Below, piece by piece: positions 26,659 to 32,000 of a stretch of 32,000 bases of DNA; position 1 is the first letter of the stretch; every line of letters begins with the position of its first letter. The notes under the pieces are model-generated. The model made no database searches. It was not told where the DNA came from and was given only the letters and a program-made list of their open reading frames with translations. The stretch lies in sequence record NC_010821.1; one strand, 5' to 3'. Origin of the DNA: Pseudomonas phage 201phi2-1. The position numbers and the translations under genes were made by a program.

Positions 26659-27024
26659 ATGGCTAAGCTGAAACTACTTAATACCAAAGACATCACCGCT
26701 GAAATGTTCGACAGTGAACGTAGCTTTATGGCGGGTATGTTCGCGATCAATGTCTGCAACAAAATCATTGAGCGCGCGAATGCTGGTAACATCGTATTCC
26801 ATTTCGAACAACTGGTGAAACCGGAATTCGAACTCCGCTGGGAAGGTGATAAGTTCCTAGGTCTTTACCTGAAGGACTTTGAAAATGCTTGGGTTCAAAT
26901 TGTTGGTGATCACACTAACGATGGTAAAATTGTCTGTCGTAAGTATGACATTCGTGACTTCTTTAAGTTGTGGCGTGTGGCAGAAATTAAAAACGTTTAC
27001 AAAGTATCTGACCTGACTCGATAA
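26659..27024 (+). CDS. hypothetical protein (121 aa)
   Basis: ORF in tight + array. Confidence 0.8.
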   Translation: MAKLKLLNTKDITAEMFDSERSFMAGMFAINVCNKIIERANAGNIVFHFEQLVKPEFELRWEGDKFLGLYLKDFENAWVQIVGDHTNDGKIVCRKYDIRDFFKLWRVAEIKNVYKVSDLTR

Positions 27025-27036
27025 GGAACCACTGCT

Positions 27037-27453
27037 ATGACTATCACCTCTGTCTCGGAGAGTGCAGGACTACGAGAGCGTTTTATTGAAGATGCAAAAA
27101 TGGTATATAAGAACCGCAATTTAGATTTCTCTCAAAGCAAACACCCTGGCCAAGAAGGTCGTTTCCTTGATAAGAAGGTCCACCACATGTGGCTGGGTTA
27201 TGAACTCATACACACTGCTGGCCAATGGCGGGATAAGGAAGATGTGCCATCATCTATCCTCGGTCACTACATTGTTGGTAACCACACTGGTCCGGGGCTT
27301 AAGCTTGTGACTGGCTATAGACCTTTCGTTCACCGGAACAAGCGCCTTGCATGTATGGAAGCTGACCGGTTAGCCAAAGAGCACGGTAACTCATTCGCCG
27401 TATTTCGCTGTATCAAAACTTTCTCACCTGGCCAAGGAACTAAAGATGAATGA
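27037..27453 (+). CDS. hypothetical protein (138 aa)
   Basis: ORF in tight + array, overlaps next. Confidence 0.8.
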   Translation: MTITSVSESAGLRERFIEDAKMVYKNRNLDFSQSKHPGQEGRFLDKKVHHMWLGYELIHTAGQWRDKEDVPSSILGHYIVGNHTGPGLKLVTGYRPFVHRNKRLACMEADRLAKEHGNSFAVFRCIKTFSPGQGTKDE

Positions 27454-27904
27454 CAATCTGATCATTACGGTAACCTCTAACGCGGAAGGTCTTGCGAAAT
27501 TTGCTGGTCGACGTGAACTGCCACCGAATGTCGATTTTGATGGAGACAAGTCAATCGATGATTTGGCAGAAGACTTTTCCCGTGGCGTATTGAAAGACAT
27601 CATGGATCGAGTCAAGTCGGGTGAATTGGATAACTCCACTCCAATCAGTTTACCTCAAGCCATGCGTGATCGTTTGATCGCAAGCTTTGAACGTACGGCT
27701 AAACAGTTCTGCCCGATCTTCTCGTACAGTGTTGACTCCGATGGTCAGATCTGGTTAGACTGGCCACGCTGCAATGGTGACGAACATGCAATGCGTTCTC
27801 CCATGGAGGACGTAGCTGTTAATAAAGCCTTGCATCGTCTCGCTACCCGTAGTAACATTCGTGCTATCCATGTGACCAAACCGTTCGTGGATATCTTCGA
27901 ATAG
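27446..27904 (+). CDS. hypothetical protein (152 aa)
   Basis: ORF in tight + array. Confidence 0.8.
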   Translation: MNDNLIITVTSNAEGLAKFAGRRELPPNVDFDGDKSIDDLAEDFSRGVLKDIMDRVKSGELDNSTPISLPQAMRDRLIASFERTAKQFCPIFSYSVDSDGQIWLDWPRCNGDEHAMRSPMEDVAVNKALHRLATRSNIRAIHVTKPFVDIFE

Positions 27905-27910
27905 CCTCAG

Positions 27911-27956
27911 CGTTATTAGAAGCCTTTTAAACGCTATATTACAATAGTGAATTAAA
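27911..27956 (+). promoter_or_regulatory. TATATTAC-type promoter candidate
   Basis: GTTATTAGAAGCCTTTTAAACGCTATATTACAATAGTGAATTAAAC; close match to 8532-8578. Confidence 0.65.
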
Positions 27957-27977
27957 CATTCTACTAGGAGCACTGTA

Positions 27978-28274
27978 ATGAAGCTCAATAAAGGTCTCAC
28001 AACCTTTCTGGATCTTGTTGACGCCGTTCGTAAACTGGACACCGCCAACGCACTGCATTGTTACACGCCGGCCTCGGTAAAGTTCTGTGTGGCCATCACG
28101 GGTCTCGCTCCACATACCCTGAAAGAAGTTAGCATTTACTTGGACAATGATCCATCTACATGTAAACTCTATTTTGTAGAGAAATACACTGGTGCCACCG
28201 GTAACACCTTTGACGTAACGTATGAGCCGATCGATATCACTGCACAACGCATCATTGATTTCATCACTGCTTAA
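27978..28274 (+). CDS. hypothetical protein (98 aa)
   Basis: ORF with AGGAG RBS downstream of the promoter candidate. Confidence 0.8.
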   Translation: MKLNKGLTTFLDLVDAVRKLDTANALHCYTPASVKFCVAITGLAPHTLKEVSIYLDNDPSTCKLYFVEKYTGATGNTFDVTYEPIDITAQRIIDFITA

Positions 28275-28301
28275 TAAACTTTATCCATAAGGAAATATAC
28301 C

Positions 28302-28796
28302 ATGACTCAAGCTACCCCAATCACTCTGGCTCAATTCGGCGAACTGAACGTACGTATGGCCGCTCTGGTCGGCGCCAAGACCCAGGCTATCTTCGGTACT
28401 CCTGAAGAGCGCACTCACATGACCAACCTCACTCTGGCTGGCATCGACAGCTGCAATGAGATGATCGAGCTGATCAAAGCTGGTCTGACCTACGAGAGCT
28501 GGAAAACTTACCTGGACGGCAAGAATACTCTGGACGGTATCCTGGGTAGTTTCGAAAACGAAGACGGCGACATGGCTAAACTGTGCCAAGACTACCGTGA
28601 CGCCGATCTCAGTGAAGTATACAAAGACGCTATGGCGTCCGGTCAGTTCACCGTGGAAGCACTGGAAGCCAACAAGCAAGCTCTGGAACAGCGACTGGAG
28701 TGGGTCAAGAGTCTGTGGAAGGACGAAGACGAAACTGCTGTAGCTGAAGCCAATCTGGCTGATGTTGCAAAAGCCATCGACCTCGACGCTCAGTAA
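28302..28796 (+). CDS. acidic hypothetical protein (164 aa)
   Basis: ORF with AAGGA RBS. Confidence 0.85.
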   Translation: MTQATPITLAQFGELNVRMAALVGAKTQAIFGTPEERTHMTNLTLAGIDSCNEMIELIKAGLTYESWKTYLDGKNTLDGILGSFENEDGDMAKLCQDYRDADLSEVYKDAMASGQFTVEALEANKQALEQRLEWVKSLWKDEDETAVAEANLADVAKAIDLDAQ

Positions 28797-28810
28797 CCTT
28801 ACGGCATAAA

Positions 28811-28830
28811 GCCCCTCCGCAAGGAGGGGC
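28811..28830 (-). terminator. hairpin terminator between convergent genes
   Basis: GCCCCTCC-TTGC-GGAGGGGC then TTTATGCCG on the - strand; near-identical to the one at 5133-5152. Confidence 0.8.
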
Positions 28831-28841
28831 ACTATGTTTAT

Positions 28842-29051
28842 TTATTTTTTGTATTCGGGTATTTCAGAATCAGTGAAGTGCGCCTCAATAGCAGCACCTA
28901 ACCAATCTCGATGATCGTCACCACCATGTTGAATTTTATCAAACAGCGTAGTAGTTAGATGTAATACCCTTTTGATCTCAGGGTCATCGGTACGAGTAAT
29001 CAACTCATCTATTTTCTCTTGGATCATACGCGCCTCACAGAGTGCAACCAT
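28842..29051 (-). CDS. hypothetical protein (~69 aa)
   Basis: Start placed at MVALCEARMIQEKID to minimise overlap with nrdA. Confidence 0.6.
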   Translation of the reverse strand: MVALCEARMIQEKIDELITRTDDPEIKRVLHLTTTLFDKIQHGGDDHRDWLGAAIEAHFTDSEIPEYKK

Positions 29052-31329
29052 CAGCCGAACACATGGCGGCATTACCCGAGTTATCAATCGCGGATTCCAT
29101 AGCTTCCAGAGACAGGTTAGCTGTGGTTTCAGTATTGAAGTAGTAACGGGTCTTCATACCCATCTTAACCATGTAGAAATAGTCCTTCAACAGTTCGTTG
29201 GAGTCGATCTCTTCAGTACCTACGATCCGACGATAGAAATCAGCGGAGATACCTTGGTCAGTAAACTTCTGGAAGATCGCATAGCAATCAATCAGATCTT
29301 TAGTTGGGATGTCCCATGCGAACTGATACTTAACTGATGGATCATCACCATACGGAGCAGCCCAGTACAGATGGTTATTCTGATCGTTCTTAGACAGAGT
29401 CAGGCGACGTACTGGATAGATCGAGTTAGCACCACCCAGTGCTTTCGAGCTGGATTCACCCGGCATGTAAGCAATCAGCACCGAGTGAGCAATACCACCG
29501 TTAGCTACAACTTCGGCACGGAGCTTCTCCCAGTTATAAGTGTAGTCGAAGCTACTGCCTTTTGGATCGATAATGTTATCAACTGCACGCTGATAAGTAT
29601 CGATTGGCAACCAACCCGCTGGCCACTTGGTCTTATGAATCCATGGAGCCAGACCACGTTCTTTAGAGATCGCAATCGATGCTTTGATCATGAAGTACAT
29701 GTGACGTTCAGCAATCCAGTGGATCTCACGCTTACCAGCATTGGAGGTGTAGTCCAGGCCGTTCTTAGCCAGGTGAGTAGCCAAGCCCATCATACCAACG
29801 CCAGCACTCATACGTTGCTTAGCAGTGAATTCCAAGTGTGGAATCACGTAGGTGGAATTCAGGATGCAGTAGTCAATCATCTTCAGAGCGTAGTAGCATA
29901 CTTTCTCGTACTCTTTATCGTTCTCGATGTTTTCAACCGATACAGCAGCCAGAGAACAAGTAGCGATTTCACCACGACCATGGTCTTCACGAGATACCAG
30001 GTCTTCCATTTCGTAGTAAGGACTGGTAGGCTCAGCGATTTCCATGCACAGGTTGGAACTGTGGATTGGATCAAGGAAAGGAGTGTGTCGGTTCATCTCA
30101 TCGATTTGACCAACATATGCCACGCCGGTTTCTTGGGCTTCTTTCAATGAACGGCGCAGGATATCACGAGCGGACATCCAATGTTTGGTGAAGGATTCAT
30201 CTTTCTCGTATTTCTCATACAGACGAATGAACTCTTCGATGTCTTTACCATAGAACGCTTCATGTAGGTCAGGAGCGGTATAAGGGTTGAATGCAAAGAT
30301 CTGTTCGTTACTTGCAGCTTTCTTAGCGAAGAACCGGTTGGTCAACATTGCAAAGTGCATGTCACGGTTACGACGGTCAGGAGTAGACAGTGGGTTACGC
30401 AGACCTTGGATCATTTCAACTTCTTGGTCGAAAGATTCAAAGAAGCAAGTTACAGCGCCACCCCGACCAGCTTGTACGTTAGCAACGATCGATTTACCCA
30501 TCGCATCGTAATACTTCTTCTTACCATGGTGAGCAAACAAACCACCACGAACAGCATCGCCTACGGCACGAGTCATGATGTTAACACCGATGCCAGCAGA
30601 CATCTGTGTCATTTTGTCGCCGATGTAATTCCCCAGAGCCAACGAAGTACCATTATCACCAACAGCAAATAGGCAGCAACTAGCAAAGCCCCGATGACTA
30701 GTACCGAGGTTAATGTAATTAGGAGTAGGCGCAGAAAGCTTCTTGTAAGCGAACAGCTCGTAGAAATCACGGACGACTTGAAGACGGGTAGCTTTTGGCT
30801 CATTCTCAGCCAGAGCCATTGCCATACGAATGTAAGTGAATTGAGGAGACTCATATTCAGCTCCGGTTACACGGTTACCCAGAGCGTATTTCTTACGGAT
30901 CTGGTGCAGTGCAAAATGTGGTTGTTCAAAATCGAGGTCATGTTTGATGAACTTCTCGATCTTCAGATAATCTTGGGTATTGTACTTCAGCTTAACCATC
31001 AGACCGTCTTTCTGCATGCGTGTGTGCAATGCTTTAACAGTCGGGATGCCATCAGTACCATACAGGTGTTTATGAATCCATACAGCGTACAGACGACCAG
31101 CAAACAGGTAATGTGACCAAGTACGGTGACTCAGGGTGTTCTCGATCAACGCCATCTGGAAAGCTTGAGAGCTTACGGTTTCAGGTAGCGTTTGAATGGT
31201 TTCCATAACGATGGAAGACCAATCTACTTTATCCTTGAGGTTCTCAGTACCCCACTCACACCAGCGGTTGGCTTTCGCTGCGTTGAATGGTTCTTGAGTT
31301 CCGTCGAGTTTGATAATGTTCTTGATCAT
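29035..31329 (-). CDS. nrdA: class I ribonucleoside-diphosphate reductase large subunit
   Basis: GRGGAVTCFF, NLCMEIAEPTSP, MPGESSSKALGGANSIYPVRR, C-terminal Cys pair. Confidence 0.95.
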   Translation of the reverse strand: MIKNIIKLDGTQEPFNAAKANRWCEWGTENLKDKVDWSSIVMETIQTLPETVSSQAFQMALIENTLSHRTWSHYLFAGRLYAVWIHKHLYGTDGIPTVKALHTRMQKDGLMVKLKYNTQDYLKIEKFIKHDLDFEQPHFALHQIRKKYALGNRVTGAEYESPQFTYIRMAMALAENEPKATRLQVVRDFYELFAYKKLSAPTPNYINLGTSHRGFASCCLFAVGDNGTSLALGNYIGDKMTQMSAGIGVNIMTRAVGDAVRGGLFAHHGKKKYYDAMGKSIVANVQAGRGGAVTCFFESFDQEVEMIQGLRNPLSTPDRRNRDMHFAMLTNRFFAKKAASNEQIFAFNPYTAPDLHEAFYGKDIEEFIRLYEKYEKDESFTKHWMSARDILRRSLKEAQETGVAYVGQIDEMNRHTPFLDPIHSSNLCMEIAEPTSPYYEMEDLVSREDHGRGEIATCSLAAVSVENIENDKEYEKVCYYALKMIDYCILNSTYVIPHLEFTAKQRMSAGVGMMGLATHLAKNGLDYTSNAGKREIHWIAERHMYFMIKASIAISKERGLAPWIHKTKWPAGWLPIDTYQRAVDNIIDPKGSSFDYTYNWEKLRAEVVANGGIAHSVLIAYMPGESSSKALGGANSIYPVRRLTLSKNDQNNHLYWAAPYGDDPSVKYQFAWDIPTKDLIDCYAIFQKFTDQGISADFYRRIVGTEEIDSNELLKDYFYMVKMGMKTRYYFNTETTANLSLEAMESAIDNSGNAAMCSADGCTL

Positions 31330-31455
31330 TCGGGTATTTCCAGTCTAGTGTTTGGTGTTGGTTGTGAAATAGATTCTAACATAGAGTTTACCGTTGAGTA
31401 AAATTAAAATCTGGTCTAGGGTACCGCATAAGGTTAACTCAATTTGTTTGAGATT

Positions 31456-31463
31456 TATATTAC
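31456..31463 (+). promoter_or_regulatory. TATATTAC-type promoter candidate
   Basis: TATATTAC upstream of the first + ORF after nrdA. Confidence 0.45.
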
Positions 31464-31484
31464 TAATATGAATCAATCCTAACT

Positions 31485-32000
31485 ATGGCGGAACCTAAGA
31501 TGGAAAACACATTGTTCAATAAACTCACTGAAAGCATGCAGTCGTTCAATACATCCCCACTCTTCGATATCCCCACTGGTAAATACTTGGAAGGGGGTGA
31601 TCTACTCAAAGGGTTGGCAGGTCATGCCGTATTGCACAAGGGCGGCCCTAGTATACAGTTAATTACTAAGCTCTGGGCTTTGGTGGAAGAGTATGAACCC
31701 AACACTGTATCGCGTTACACGGCGGCGTATCACCTGTTACGTGTAATGGGTTATGACGTACGATGGGAAGACACCACTAAGTGCCCTGATGTGTTCTGGA
31801 TCAATACTGAAGGAAATGGTGAAGACGAAGCTAAAATGATCCACGACATCCTTCATCGGGATTACAAGCTTGAGCCTAAGGCTGACCTCCCTGAGGGTCT
31901 TAGTGGGGCTGAGTTATACGAATGGTTCAAAGGAATCAATAACAAAGAACCTGTGCTCATTATCGATTCTATTTCACAAGAATCTACCCCTCAGTCCTAA
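31485..32000 (+). CDS. hypothetical protein (171 aa)
   Basis: ORF ending exactly at the window edge with TAA. Confidence 0.85.
   Translation: MAEPKMENTLFNKLTESMQSFNTSPLFDIPTGKYLEGGDLLKGLAGHAVLHKGGPSIQLITKLWALVEEYEPNTVSRYTAAYHLLRVMGYDVRWEDTTKCPDVFWINTEGNGEDEAKMIHDILHRDYKLEPKADLPEGLSGAELYEWFKGINNKEPVLIIDSISQESTPQS

Noticed and set aside
29371-30150. 259 aa + ORF inside nrdA
   Set aside because: Antisense shadow of a confidently identified conserved gene.

Overview
This 32 kb window looks like part of a large tailed-phage (jumbo-type) genome. It has short, tightly packed, often ATGA-overlapping ORFs in alternating strand blocks, and most of them are unrecognised. Recognisable genes are class I ribonucleotide reductase large subunit (nrdA, 29035-31329 -) and small subunit (nrdB, 24078-25238 -), an RlmN/Cfr-like radical SAM protein (6488-7396 -), a cluster of modular fibre/adhesin-like virion proteins (9489-14129 -, with relatives at 18214-18966 - and 22631-23890 +), and a 768 aa protein with an N-terminal KTSC-like domain (20253-22559 -). 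RNA-level features are the most unusual content: (i) a ~490 nt ORF-free, highly self-complementary region closed by a terminator (2361-2848 +), a candidate large structured ncRNA; (ii) a canonical tRNA-Leu(TAA) with a cloverleaf-like RNA fused directly upstream; (iii) a CCA-ending tRNA-like element with no possible canonical anticodon arm (18092-18183 -), followed by a structured ORF-poor stretch; (iv) eleven hairpin terminators sharing an unusual CTTTATGCCG-type 3' tail; (v) four TATATTAC promoter-like elements resembling phiKZ early promoters. The radical SAM protein keeps the CX3CX2C motif and the C-terminal Cys of RlmN/Cfr, but has Tyr at the conserved resolving-Cys position and lacks the usual N-terminal domain. 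Base pairings were found by eye; no folding, homology or covariance search was run.
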